NCBI GenBank assembly: GCA_029981435.1
Contig: JARRBB010000003.1
Location: forward strand, 15,603-79,602
DNA: 64,000 bases
Direction: 5' to 3'
Source of the DNA: Thermotogaceae bacterium
GTDB lineage: Bacteria; Thermotogota; Thermotogae; B21-G9; HyVt-16
The position numbers were made by a program, and so were the translations under genes. Each line of letters starts with the position of its first letter. The stretch's first letter is position 1. This document shows positions 23,276 through 32,711 of the stretch, one piece after another. Below the pieces are notes generated by a model, which saw nothing but the letters and a program-made list of their open reading frames with translations, did no database searches and was not told the origin of the DNA.

Positions 23276-23896
23276 ATGGCAGAAAGAAAAGTGAACGGAA
23301 AAACTAAGGAAGTTCGGAAACAATCTGAAGAAAAAACTAAAAAACAACCAAATGAAAGCGTAGTAAAAGAATTGGAAAATAAGTATAAAAAACTCGAAGA
23401 GGATTATCTTGCTTTGAAAGAGAGATATAATGAACTGGAAAGTTATTCAAAAAAACTGAAAGCGGAGTTTGAGAATTACAAACAGCTTGTAGTAAAAGAA
23501 AAACAGCAGATAATAAAAAATGCCACTGAATATATGATCGAAAAGTTGATACCTATAGTTGATAATTTTGAAAGAGCTTTGAAGAATGTCAATTTCGATG
23601 ACTTGGAAAGTCTTAAAAGTCTTATTAAAGGTGTTGAAATGATATACAAATCGCTATTGAAGCTCTTGGAAAATGAGGGAGTTAAAATTATAGAGAGTAA
23701 CGGCAAAAAATTTGATCCATTCGAACATGAGGCAGTCGAAAAGATTGAAACAGATGAGGTTGACGAATTCACAATTATAGAAGAAATTGAAAAGGGTTAT
23801 AAGCTCCACTCTAAGGTTTTAAAACCAGCAAAAGTGAAAGTAGCTATAAAGTCTACTAAACGGCAAAATACGGATGGTGAAAATGCCAAAAATTAA
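23276..23896 (+). CDS. grpE: nucleotide exchange factor GrpE
   Basis: Coiled-coil N-terminus plus the GrpE C-terminal domain (KFDPFEHEAV .. GYKLHSKVLKPAKV). AGGAGGG RBS. Confidence 0.88.
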   Translation: MAERKVNGKTKEVRKQSEEKTKKQPNESVVKELENKYKKLEEDYLALKERYNELESYSKKLKAEFENYKQLVVKEKQQIIKNATEYMIEKLIPIVDNFERALKNVNFDDLESLKSLIKGVEMIYKSLLKLLENEGVKIIESNGKKFDPFEHEAVEKIETDEVDEFTIIEEIEKGYKLHSKVLKPAKVKVAIKSTKRQNTDGENAKN

Positions 23897-23908
23897 GGTG
23901 GTGATAAA

Positions 23909-25012
23909 ATGCCCCCAAGAAAAGACTATTACGAAATATTAGGAGTTTCGCGAGATGCAACACAGGAAGAAATAAAAAAAGCGTATAAAAAGCTCGCCAA
24001 AAAATGGCATCCTGACTTGAATCCAGAGAATAAAAAAGAGGCGGAGGAAAAATTTAAAGAAATTACAGAGGCGTATCAGGTTCTCAGTGATCCTGAAAAA
24101 AGAGCTCAATACGATAGATTTGGTTATGTTGGTGAACAGCCCTTTAATTATAACACAACTGGCAATGGCGGAAGTATATTTCAGGATCTATTTGGAGATT
24201 TTGAGGATATATTTGATATGTTTTTTGGAAGGCGTCCCGGTACTTCAGCAACTCGTGAAAAAGTTTCGAGAGCCGGAGAGGATATCCACCATTTTGTTAG
24301 TATAGAACTTGAAGATGTTCTGACCGGTAAAGAAGTACCTCTGGAATACGATAGAAGGATCTATTGCACCTCCTGTAATGGAACAGGCGCGGAGAATGGT
24401 ACATCTTTTAGAACGTGCCATAGGTGTGGTGGAACTGGTGTTATACGCGAAGAACAAAGAACTTTTTTTGGAAGTTTTGTAAACACTTACACATGTCCAA
24501 CGTGTGGAGGAAATGGTAGAGTAGTTGACAAAAAATGTAAAGTTTGCAGTGGAACAGGATATATTAATGAAAAGAGGAAAGTAAAACTGAAAATACCTCC
24601 TGGTATTGAAGATGGTGCAAGACTGAGAATAACTGGAGGTGGACATGCAGGAGTTAACGGAGGCCCAAACGGAGATCTTTACGTGACTGTGAAAATTAAA
24701 CCACATCCAATTTTTAAGAGAAAAGGAGATGATATATATTCAGAAGTAAATGTGCACTTTTTACAAGCTATACTTGGAAGTACCATAGAAATTCCCACAC
24801 TTGAAGGACCGCTGAAATTGAAGATAAAACCAGGTACCCAACCAGATACTCTTATAAGATTGAGAGAAAAAGGTTTACCGAATATGAAGACAGGTAAACG
24901 TGGAGATTTGTATGTAAAGGTAAAATTAGAAATACCAGCAAGAGTTTCAAGAAAAGAACGAGAACTTTTAAAAAATCTTGCCGAAATTTCCGGGATCAAT
25001 GTAGAAGAATAG
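23909..25012 (+). CDS. dnaJ: molecular chaperone DnaJ
   Basis: J domain with HPD ([16 protein letters not shown]), a G/F region, and four CxxCxGxG zinc repeats. Confidence 0.93.
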   Translation: MPPRKDYYEILGVSRDATQEEIKKAYKKLAKKWHPDLNPENKKEAEEKFKEITEAYQVLSDPEKRAQYDRFGYVGEQPFNYNTTGNGGSIFQDLFGDFEDIFDMFFGRRPGTSATREKVSRAGEDIHHFVSIELEDVLTGKEVPLEYDRRIYCTSCNGTGAENGTSFRTCHRCGGTGVIREEQRTFFGSFVNTYTCPTCGGNGRVVDKKCKVCSGTGYINEKRKVKLKIPPGIEDGARLRITGGGHAGVNGGPNGDLYVTVKIKPHPIFKRKGDDIYSEVNVHFLQAILGSTIEIPTLEGPLKLKIKPGTQPDTLIRLREKGLPNMKTGKRGDLYVKVKLEIPARVSRKERELLKNLAEISGINVEE

Positions 25013-25264
25013 GTGGTGGTATTTATTATATTTGAAAAAGATCAAGAAAACAGAGAAGATATGGAAAAGTATGTTAAAGCTATAGAAGCAAGTTTGTTCA
25101 AAGTTCCAGTAAGAGAGGGAGATAGTATTTACCTGAGTGATATATGGCTTGTGACATCCTTACCAAAGGATTTAATAGTAGAAATTTTGAAAAATTATCC
25201 CATAGAGATGCCAGAAAATGTTAAAATAATAGTGGATGGAAAAAAGGTGATTAAGCGAAGGTGA
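25013..25264 (+). CDS. hypothetical small protein downstream of dnaJ
   Basis: 83-codon ORF with a GTG start abutting the dnaJ stop. No recognisable family. Its TGA stop is in the same frame as the following DUF362 gene. Confidence 0.35.
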   Translation: MVVFIIFEKDQENREDMEKYVKAIEASLFKVPVREGDSIYLSDIWLVTSLPKDLIVEILKNYPIEMPENVKIIVDGKKVIKRR

Positions 25265-25270
25265 TGTAAA

Positions 25271-26359
25271 ATCTCTGTAAATGTATGGATATCGAATATT
25301 CAGGACTACACTCTTGATTTAGTCAAATCTAAGATAGAAGAATTTATAAACATAGAATTTTCAGGCGCTTTTTCGCATGATGATAAAGTTTTAATAAAGC
25401 CGAATTTTCTCTCACCTGTTGAAGCTATTCAGGCTGTTACAACACATCCGGTAGTTATAGAAGCAGTAATAAGTATTTTGAAAGACTTTGGAGTGAGCAA
25501 AATCACAGTTGGAGATAGTCCTGCTGTTTCGAGTGCCATTAGAGTGGCTAAAAAAAGTGGAGTTGAAGAGGTATGTAAAAAATACGGTGTGGATATTGTC
25601 GATTTCAATACCCCTGTTAAAGTCAAAGGAAAATTTGGAAGAAATTTTGAACTGTCAAGAGAAGTTTTGGAAGCTGATAAGATAATAAACATTGCCAAGT
25701 TTAAAACCCATACTCATATGATAATGACTTTAAGCGTTAAAAACATGTTTGGAGCAATAGTCGGACTTAGGAAATCAGCCTGGCACGCTAAAACAGGTAC
25801 AAATAAAATGCGCTTTGCTGATATGCTTGTCGAGTTATATGAGACTGTAAGGCCAACTTTCAACATAATAGATGGTATTTGGGGAATGGAAGGAAATGGT
25901 CCAAGAAATGGTAAACCAAAAAAGCTTGGTACATTGATAATAGGACAAAATGGTCACGCAGTTGATTTTATTGCCTGTAAAATGGTAAAGCTTCAAAAAG
26001 TTGTTCCTACTCTTTTAGCGGCTGAAAAAAGGGGTTTACTTAGTAGCAAATCTATTAATTTAGTTGGAGACAGTTTAAGGATTTTCGATGATTTTATTCC
26101 ACCGGATACATCTATAAAAGGAATTACAGGTATCATAAATCCATTTAGTAGATTTTCTGCAAAATTCCCTAAAGTAAATCCTGATGAATGTATTGGATGT
26201 AGGATTTGTGAAGAACATTGTCCAGCGAATGCTATAAGTATTACTGCTGATGACAAAGCGATTGTTGATATTAGCAAATGTATAAGATGTTATGTGTGTC
26301 AGGAAGTTTGTCCACAAAATGCAATAGAGCTTGTGAGAAAAAACCGCTACCTGAGGTGA
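25271..26359 (+). CDS. DUF362 domain protein with C-terminal 2x[4Fe-4S] ferredoxin domain; start codon non-canonical or unresolved
   Basis: The conserved DUF362 N-terminus (DKVLIKPNFLSPV..AVTTHPVVIEAV) lies at 25376-25470, upstream of the first canonical start (TTG at 25478). The only SD-backed in-frame candidate is ATC at 25271, 6 nt after AAGGTGA. C-terminal CIGCRICEEHCP and CIRCYVCQEVCP. Confidence 0.6.
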   Translation: MSVNVWISNIQDYTLDLVKSKIEEFINIEFSGAFSHDDKVLIKPNFLSPVEAIQAVTTHPVVIEAVISILKDFGVSKITVGDSPAVSSAIRVAKKSGVEEVCKKYGVDIVDFNTPVKVKGKFGRNFELSREVLEADKIINIAKFKTHTHMIMTLSVKNMFGAIVGLRKSAWHAKTGTNKMRFADMLVELYETVRPTFNIIDGIWGMEGNGPRNGKPKKLGTLIIGQNGHAVDFIACKMVKLQKVVPTLLAAEKRGLLSSKSINLVGDSLRIFDDFIPPDTSIKGITGIINPFSRFSAKFPKVNPDECIGCRICEEHCPANAISITADDKAIVDISKCIRCYVCQEVCPQNAIELVRKNRYLR

Positions 26360-27288
26360 TAAAACTGCCTGCATACGATACCATACTATCTGTTGCTATA
26401 ATATTCTTTCTGGGTTTTTTTATCGGAAAAATTTATTCAAAACTTTCGATAAAATTGCTATCAAAACTTTCTATATGGATTTTTACAACGACTGTAAATT
26501 TTGTTTATTTAAATGATAATCCAATACCCTTGAAATTGTTTATCATACTTGTAATTAGTAATTTGTTGGTATTGAGTTTAATATTCTTCGTCTGGTTTAT
26601 AATTGGTAAATTTTCAAAACACACCCTTTTGAATTTTTTGTTGACAGCTTTCAGTAATACAGGTTATATAGGTTATCCCATCTTCTTAGGATTATTTGGT
26701 GAAAAAGGACTCGGATATGCAGTTGCATTTTCAGTGCCGCATTCGTTTATACTTGCAACTGTAGGTGTTGCGATTTTGTCTCTATCAGCAAAGGAAAAAT
26801 TTTCTCATGATTTGATTAAAGCGATTAAAAAAGTTTTTAAGATGCCGTGGATATACGCAATATTTCTTGCGGCTTTTTGTAATTGGATTGGATTTTCATG
26901 GAGAGAATTACCAAAGTTTTTGAGAGGATTTGTTGATATGTTGAGAAGCGCTTCAATACCAATGATATTGTTGACAGTTGGACTTGAAATGTCGAGAGTG
27001 GTATTTTCTGCGGATTTTTTCAAAAAGGTCGGTTTCAATACAATTTTTAAACTTTTTATTGCTCCAACGATATCGTTACCATTTGTTTTTTTGTTTAAAT
27101 TCGATAGTTTGATGGCTAAGATCTTTATATTGCAGTTTGCCATGCCAACTGCGGTTAATTCAGCCATAATAGCTGCGGATCAAAATGTTGAACCTGAATA
27201 TGCTAGTTTTACAGTTTTTTCAACCACTGTTTTTTCTTTCATAAGCCTTGGATTCTGGGTATGGCTGATCGAGAAAATAGGTGTTTGA
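26356..27288 (+). CDS. AEC (auxin efflux carrier) family transporter
   Basis: About 10 TM helices arranged as 5+5 around a central loop, size about 310 aa. GTG at 26356 overlaps the upstream stop (GTGA). Confidence 0.65.
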   Translation: MIKLPAYDTILSVAIIFFLGFFIGKIYSKLSIKLLSKLSIWIFTTTVNFVYLNDNPIPLKLFIILVISNLLVLSLIFFVWFIIGKFSKHTLLNFLLTAFSNTGYIGYPIFLGLFGEKGLGYAVAFSVPHSFILATVGVAILSLSAKEKFSHDLIKAIKKVFKMPWIYAIFLAAFCNWIGFSWRELPKFLRGFVDMLRSASIPMILLTVGLEMSRVVFSADFFKKVGFNTIFKLFIAPTISLPFVFLFKFDSLMAKIFILQFAMPTAVNSAIIAADQNVEPEYASFTVFSTTVFSFISLGFWVWLIEKIGV

Positions 27289-29626
27289 TATGATAGCCAG
27301 AATAGCGATTTTAGGTTCACCTGTTCGAAAAGTTTTTGATTATACAGTACCAGATAATTTTCAAGTTTCAATTGGGCAACGTGTAATAGTTGATTTTGCT
27401 AACAGATTGGTTACTGGGATCGTTGTAGCGACATCAGAAAGTTCGAAAATTTCTTCTTTGAAACCTGTTGAAGATATAGTGGATTTCAAACCATACCTTT
27501 CAGGGCTCGATGTTGAACTTGCCAAGATTACTTCAAATTACTTTTTATCACCAATAGGTAAAATTTTGGAGGCTTCTTTTCCTCCAAACATGAGATTTAA
27601 AATCAAAGAAATTCTTGTGAAACGTGCAGAAATTGTACCAGGTTTTTTGAAAGACGAGAAATCTGTATCAAAGGATGATTTTCTAAAGAGATTTCCTGAT
27701 AGAAAAAAAGGTCTGAAAGTTTTATCAGAGCTAATAAACTTGGGAACAGTTGATATATATTTTTCTTACCCTTATTCAAAAAAATTGTATCCCAAAAGAA
27801 AACAGGTAAAAAAGGTGTGTTTAAATGTGGATTTCAATATATTGCTTAAAAATAGAAAGATAAACAAAAAGCGAATGGAAATTATCAATTATTTACTCGT
27901 ACATGAAGAAGCAGAGCTTAGTAGATTGAAAAAAGAATTGAATTTGAAAGATACGAGGCTCATAAATTTGCTGAAAAATGAGGGTATTTTGAAAATAGAA
28001 GAAGAATTATCTGATGAGGAATTTTTAGAAAACTATAAAATTTCTTTGACCAAAGAACAACTGGAAATTTCAAAGAAGATTAAAAATAATCAAGAAAAAC
28101 ATTATTTGTTTGGGGTTACAGGTAGCGGCAAAACTGAGATTTATTTTGATGTTATTGAAGAAGTCTTAAAAAGCGATAGGAATGTTTTATATCTGGTTCC
28201 TGAAATTTCGCTGACGCCTCAGATGATCCACAGGATGAAAATGAGATTTCCAGAGTTCAAAATAGCCATATATCATAGTAATTTAAAACCAAGAGAAAGA
28301 TTCTTAGAATGGCTTAAAGTCGTTAATAATGAAGCGCAAATACTTCTTGGAACACGAAGTGCGGTTTGGTTACCAATTAAAAATCTTGGTTTAGTGATAA
28401 TCGATGAAGAACACGATGAAAGTTATTACCAGAAAGAAATGGAACCGGTTTATGACGCTGTAAAAGTTGCAGAATGGAAGAGTGAATTAAATAATGCAAA
28501 ATTTGTAATTGGATCTGCGACTCCAAGTGTATCACGATTTTTCATTGCAAGCCAAAAAGACTTTATGATTCACTATCTCAGAGAAAGACCTTATAATTCA
28601 AAATTACCAGATGTTGAAGTAATAGATATGAGAAAAGAACAAAAGTACAACTGGCTTTTTTCCAAAAAACTTGTTGAAGAGATTGATAAAACAGTTAGGG
28701 AAGGAAAACAGGTTTTCTTATTTACTAATAGAAAAGGATTTTTCTCATATATAATTTGCCAAAATTGCGGGTATGTTTATAAATGTAAAAACTGCGATGT
28801 TTCAATGACTTTTCATTACAGTATAAGAGCCCTTAAATGTCATTATTGTGGACATTTAGAAGCGGTGCCCGCAGTGTGTCCAATATGTAAATCAAAAGAA
28901 CTTTCAAGCAAGGGATTTGGTACAGAAAAAGTGGAAAGTGAGATACTAAGAATTTTTCCAGATTTTAGAGTTATTAGGATGGACAGAGATAATGTAAAAG
29001 ATTTAAGAGAGCTGGAAGAGATCTTAAAGTTAATAAAGGAGAACCAGGTTGATGTTGTAGTGGGAACAAAAATGATAACCAAAGGGCTTGATTTTCCAAA
29101 TGTGACACTTGTTGGAATAATAAGTGCCGATCAACTTTTAAATTTTCCCGATTATACGGCTTCTGAAAGAACGTTTGAAATGATAAATCAGGTAGCAGGC
29201 AGAAGTGGAAGAGGAGCTTTTGAGGGAAAAGTTCTGATTCAAACGTACAATCCCGAAACTTCTGTAATAAATTTTGCAGTTAACCATGATTATTTTGATT
29301 TTTTCAAGGAAGAATTGAAAAGTCGCGAAAAACTTCATTATCCACCCTTTTCGGATATAGTGAATATTACTGTCGAAAATATTTCAAAAGAAAAAGCAGA
29401 GGAATTAGCACTAAAACTTTTTAATCTCCTAAGCCAAGGTATCAAAGGAGAATTACTAGGTCCTGTTGAAGCATTGATATTTAAATTGAGAAATAAGTAT
29501 AGATATAACCTTATCCTGAAAACTGATTTTTTGAGTGAGGATATCGAAAGCATCAGCAGGATTTTAGATGAAAATAATTTTTGGAGTATGGTGAAGATTC
29601 TGGTTAATCCCCCAAATTTGTTTTAA
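27281..29626 (+). CDS. priA: primosomal replication-restart helicase PriA
   Basis: Walker A GVTGSGKTE, DEEHD box, Cys-rich zinc insert (CQNCG..CKNCD..CHYCG..CPICK), helicase C motifs. Start at GTG 27281 or ATG 27290. Confidence 0.9.
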   Translation: MFDMIARIAILGSPVRKVFDYTVPDNFQVSIGQRVIVDFANRLVTGIVVATSESSKISSLKPVEDIVDFKPYLSGLDVELAKITSNYFLSPIGKILEASFPPNMRFKIKEILVKRAEIVPGFLKDEKSVSKDDFLKRFPDRKKGLKVLSELINLGTVDIYFSYPYSKKLYPKRKQVKKVCLNVDFNILLKNRKINKKRMEIINYLLVHEEAELSRLKKELNLKDTRLINLLKNEGILKIEEELSDEEFLENYKISLTKEQLEISKKIKNNQEKHYLFGVTGSGKTEIYFDVIEEVLKSDRNVLYLVPEISLTPQMIHRMKMRFPEFKIAIYHSNLKPRERFLEWLKVVNNEAQILLGTRSAVWLPIKNLGLVIIDEEHDESYYQKEMEPVYDAVKVAEWKSELNNAKFVIGSATPSVSRFFIASQKDFMIHYLRERPYNSKLPDVEVIDMRKEQKYNWLFSKKLVEEIDKTVREGKQVFLFTNRKGFFSYIICQNCGYVYKCKNCDVSMTFHYSIRALKCHYCGHLEAVPAVCPICKSKELSSKGFGTEKVESEILRIFPDFRVIRMDRDNVKDLRELEEILKLIKENQVDVVVGTKMITKGLDFPNVTLVGIISADQLLNFPDYTASERTFEMINQVAGRSGRGAFEGKVLIQTYNPETSVINFAVNHDYFDFFKEELKSREKLHYPPFSDIVNITVENISKEKAEELALKLFNLLSQGIKGELLGPVEALIFKLRNKYRYNLILKTDFLSEDIESISRILDENNFWSMVKILVNPPNLF

Positions 29627-29663
29627 TTTTCTATGCTTCTGATTTATTTTTTTAATTATTTTA

Positions 29664-29691
29664 TTGACTTTTATGATTTTTGAATTATAAT
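29664..29691 (+). promoter_or_regulatory. sigma-A type promoter (TTGACT-16-TATAAT) for the DUF2089 operon
   Basis: TTGACT at 29664-29669 and TATAAT at 29686-29691, about 30 nt upstream of the CDS. Confidence 0.45.
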
Positions 29692-29719
29692 AATTAATGT
29701 ATAGATTAAAAAATATAAC

Positions 29720-30109
29720 TTGGTGGTGATTCTGGTGGACAATAAAAATCTTACATCCTGTCCTGTGTGTTCTTCGGAAATGATGATAACGGAATATACA
29801 TGTCCAAAATGTGGTGTAATTATAAAAGGTAGATTCAAACTTGACGATTTTTTCAAGCTTTCGCCTGATCAGTTATATTTTGTGAAGATATTTCTGAAAC
29901 ACCGTGGTAATTTATCTGAAGTTCAAAAAGAATTAGGAATATCTTATCCAACTGCTCGAAACCGTCTTGAAGATGTCGCTCAGACTCTTGGTTATGGCCA
30001 AGTAAGTACACAGAAAACTCATGCGCGCGAAATACTCGATAAATTGGAAAAAGGTGAAATTGACGCTAAAACTGCATTGAAACTTCTGAAAGAAGTAGGA
30101 GTGGAGTAA
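29720..30109 (+). CDS. DUF2089-type zinc-ribbon/HTH protein
   Basis: CPVC..x12..CPKC zinc ribbon, then LSPDQLYFVKIFLKHRGNLSEVQKELGISYPTARNRLEDV (HTH). Start ambiguous between TTG at 29720 and GTG at 29735. Confidence 0.7.
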   Translation: MVVILVDNKNLTSCPVCSSEMMITEYTCPKCGVIIKGRFKLDDFFKLSPDQLYFVKIFLKHRGNLSEVQKELGISYPTARNRLEDVAQTLGYGQVSTQKTHAREILDKLEKGEIDAKTALKLLKEVGVE

Positions 30110-30110
30110 A

Positions 30111-30329
30111 ATGTTAGAATTTCTGCTGGTGTTTTTAGGGATGCTTGTAATTGGGTATATAATAATAAGGTTTTTTCCTTTTATAGGTTGGTTGTTTTTC
30201 GGAATAGGTTTTGTCGCGATTATATTATTTCTGATTGCGGGACTGTTCATACTTGCCTTACCAGTTTTGATAGCCATCTTGATTGTCGTATTAATATCAA
30301 GACTAATAAAAGGGATGGTAAAGAATTAA
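30111..30329 (+). CDS. small two-TM membrane protein
   Basis: 72 aa, two long hydrophobic helices. GGAGTGGAG RBS, 1-nt gap from the upstream gene. Confidence 0.5.
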   Translation: MLEFLLVFLGMLVIGYIIIRFFPFIGWLFFGIGFVAIILFLIAGLFILALPVLIAILIVVLISRLIKGMVKN

Positions 30330-30330
30330 A

Positions 30331-30546
30331 ATGGTTGAATTTCTTTTTGCAATCATTGGTGCCTTGGCATACCTGTATATAGGAATAAAAGTTTTACCGA
30401 TGAAAGTGAAGCTGATAACAGCTGCTTACATAATATCGATTTGTATATACAGTGTAATTCTTGTCATAAGTTGGTTACCGTTGATAATAGTTTTCTCTTT
30501 GTTGACATTCCTTTTTGCGATAATTTTGAAACGGTTTTTAGGATAG
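30331..30546 (+). CDS. small two-TM membrane protein
   Basis: 71 aa, hydrophobic. 1-nt gap from the previous gene, same operon. Confidence 0.45.
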   Translation: MVEFLFAIIGALAYLYIGIKVLPMKVKLITAAYIISICIYSVILVISWLPLIIVFSLLTFLFAIILKRFLG

Positions 30547-30558
30547 GAGGTAAATTAT

Positions 30559-31464
30559 ATGAAATACAATGAAACTCTGAAAATCGAAGATATAGAGACA
30601 CTGACATTGATAACTATAAATGCTGATTTAAGGGTCAAACAGGTTGCAAGAGAAGAATTGTTCTACGATGTAATTCTCGGGGACGATTATCCAGAATACA
30701 AGCCAATAATTAACAGACTTAACAAAAATCTGGAAATAAGGTTTCAAAAAAAGAGCAATAAAACATTTCTTGGTTTCTTGAATTTGAGATCTTTCGATGT
30801 TGAAAAAGTTTATGTAGAAGTTCCTGAAGACAAAATTTTGAACTTGGTTATTAAAACAGTAAGTGGTAATGTAGAATTGGAAAATTTAAATGTCAGTTCA
30901 CTTAATTTCTCTGGTGTATCTGGCGAGCTCGAATGCGAAAATATAACTGCTGATAAAGTTTCAATTTCTTTAGTTAGTGGTGATGTAAATCTCGATGGTC
31001 TGAATTCAAAGAAAATCAACTTAAGCAGTGTTAGTGGTGATGTAAAAATCAACAGAATAGCCGAAGCAATACAGGAAATATCAGGTTCAACAGTCAGTGG
31101 TGATATAGATCTGGATTTTGAAATAAAAAAACCAGCTAAAGTACTTGTAAAATCAACCTCAGGAGAAATCAAGTCAAACATACCACTTTATAAGCTTGAA
31201 AAAGGAGTTTTTGTGAATTACAATATTAATGAAAAACCTGATGATCTTTTAATAGTAAAAGCGAGCAGTATTTCTGGTGATCTTCAATTGAATTTTGGAG
31301 ACTCTAAGAACGAGGATACTAAAAATTCATATGTTCTATCTGATGATGAGGTTCAAAGAGTTTTGAGAATGATTGAGAGTGGAATTTTAAAAAGGGAAGA
31401 GGGAATAGAAATATTGAAAACTATAGGATATTCTGAGGAAGAAATATCAGAAATAATCAAATAA
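30559..31464 (+). CDS. DUF4097/LiaG-like beta-helix repeat protein with C-terminal helical module
   Basis: Repeated (V/T)SG(D/N/E)(V/I/L) rungs: VSGNVELENL, VSGELECENI, VSGDVNLDGL, VSGDVKINRI, VSGDIDLDFE, TSGEIKSN, ISGDLQLNF. Strong RBS (AGGAGGT). Confidence 0.65.
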   Translation: MKYNETLKIEDIETLTLITINADLRVKQVAREELFYDVILGDDYPEYKPIINRLNKNLEIRFQKKSNKTFLGFLNLRSFDVEKVYVEVPEDKILNLVIKTVSGNVELENLNVSSLNFSGVSGELECENITADKVSISLVSGDVNLDGLNSKKINLSSVSGDVKINRIAEAIQEISGSTVSGDIDLDFEIKKPAKVLVKSTSGEIKSNIPLYKLEKGVFVNYNINEKPDDLLIVKASSISGDLQLNFGDSKNEDTKNSYVLSDDEVQRVLRMIESGILKREEGIEILKTIGYSEEEISEIIK

Positions 31465-31525
31465 GTTGTTGTATTGAAAGCAGGAATATAGTACAATGAT
31501 AATGATTGAAAATTGAATGATGATT

Positions 31526-31617
31526 GCTCCTCTCAGGGGGTGCTTGTCCTTTAAAGGATAGGCTGAGATTATACCCCTCGAACCTGAACGGGTAATGCCG
31601 GCGTAGGGAATGAGAGG
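31526..31617 (+). promoter_or_regulatory. TPP (THI-box) riboswitch aptamer
   Basis: P1 CCTCTCA...TGAGAGG encloses the conserved cores GGGGTGC, GGCTGAGA, ACCC, and GAACCTGA..GGTAATGCCGGCGTAGGGAA. Confidence 0.92.
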
Positions 31618-31633
31618 TAATACAGAGGTTTAT

Positions 31634-31660
31634 TCCCGCCGGCTGGCGGGATTTTTTTTT
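31634..31660 (+). terminator. riboswitch expression-platform terminator
   Basis: TCCCGCC-GGCT-GGCGGGA hairpin followed by T9, 13 nt before the ykoF-like ATG. Confidence 0.85.
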
Positions 31661-31673
31661 GGAGGTGAAGAAT

Positions 31674-31958
31674 ATGGCTATTACAATGAGCATTCAATTG
31701 TTACCTCTTGTTAAAAACGATAAGGAACTCTATGAAATTATTGACAACGCAATAGAAATTATAGGTTCTTCAGGCTTGAAATTTGAGGTCAATGCTCATT
31801 CTACAATCGTTGAAGGAGATTTTGAAAGATTGTTGGAAATCGTTAAGAAGATCAAGGAGAATACCTTGAAAGTTTCAAAAAGGTTCGTCTTGAACGTTCA
31901 ATTTGACGTTTCAGAAAAAGGAGTAACCATAGATGAAAAAACGAAGAAGTATCGTTAA
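31674..31958 (+). CDS. MTH1187/YkoF-family thiamine-binding protein
   Basis: About 95-aa ACT-like protein. The opening (ITMSIQLLPL) and EGDFE pattern are typical of the family. First gene after the TPP riboswitch. GGAGGTG RBS. Confidence 0.65.
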   Translation: MAITMSIQLLPLVKNDKELYEIIDNAIEIIGSSGLKFEVNAHSTIVEGDFERLLEIVKKIKENTLKVSKRFVLNVQFDVSEKGVTIDEKTKKYR

Positions 31959-32709
31959 GTCTTTGGAACCATTTTTACTGATATTTCTTTTACTCTTTGT
32001 TTGGGAATTAATATGTATTCTCTTTAGGATACCAATTTATCTTTTACCAAAGCCATCTCAAGTTTTCAAAGAACTTTTCGAACAATTTTATCTTTTGATG
32101 CAACATTCAATTATAACCTTAATAGAATCCATTGCTGGTTTAATAATCGCGATGCTTTTTGGTGTTTTAATAGCAGTTATTATGAATGCTTTTAAACCTT
32201 TAGGTAGGATGCTTTATCCCATTTTGGTAATTTCACAGGCAGTTCCAATAATAGCAATTGCTCCTTTAATATTGATTTGGTTCGGTCTGGGAATTGGACC
32301 AAAGATAGGAATAGTAACCATCGTGTGTTTTTTTCCTATAGCTGTTAGCAGTTTTGAAGGTTTTAAACTTATTGATACTGATGCAATAGACATAATGAGA
32401 ACTCTAAATGCAACTAAATTTCAAATTTATAGGCATGTTGTTTTACCTTCGACGCTTCCATACATATTTTCAGGTTTAAAGATCGCAGCATCTTACTGTG
32501 TACTTGGGGCTGTGGTTGGAGAATGGTTAGGTGCAGATAAAGGTCTTGGAGTTTATATGGTCAGAGCAATGGGAGCATTTAGAACTGATAGACTTTTTGT
32601 GGCAATACTTTTAACGGTTTTTTTCAGTATTATAATTTTTAAAGTTGTTGACATTTTGTCAGAGGTCCTTTTACCCTGGGTTAAACTCAAGCAGGTTCAA
32701 GGAGGTTGA
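31933..32709 (+). CDS. thiX: ABC transporter permease (NitT/TauT type; ThiX-like HMP/FAMP importer)
   Basis: 6-TM BPD permease. TPP riboswitch context with an NMT1/THI5-like binding protein. Confidence 0.75.
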   Translation: MKKRRSIVKSLEPFLLIFLLLFVWELICILFRIPIYLLPKPSQVFKELFEQFYLLMQHSIITLIESIAGLIIAMLFGVLIAVIMNAFKPLGRMLYPILVISQAVPIIAIAPLILIWFGLGIGPKIGIVTIVCFFPIAVSSFEGFKLIDTDAIDIMRTLNATKFQIYRHVVLPSTLPYIFSGLKIAASYCVLGAVVGEWLGADKGLGVYMVRAMGAFRTDRLFVAILLTVFFSIIIFKVVDILSEVLLPWVKLKQVQGG

Positions 32710-32711
32710 AG

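Noticed and set aside
25262-25264. In-frame TGA between the 83-aa ORF and the DUF362 gene, considered as selenocysteine (it would give a U-C dipeptide).
   Set aside because: No GC-rich SECIS-like hairpin follows the TGA; the downstream sequence is AT-rich and unstructured. No Sec machinery is evident, and a same-frame arrangement has a one-in-three chance. The ATC-start or decayed-start explanations are simpler.
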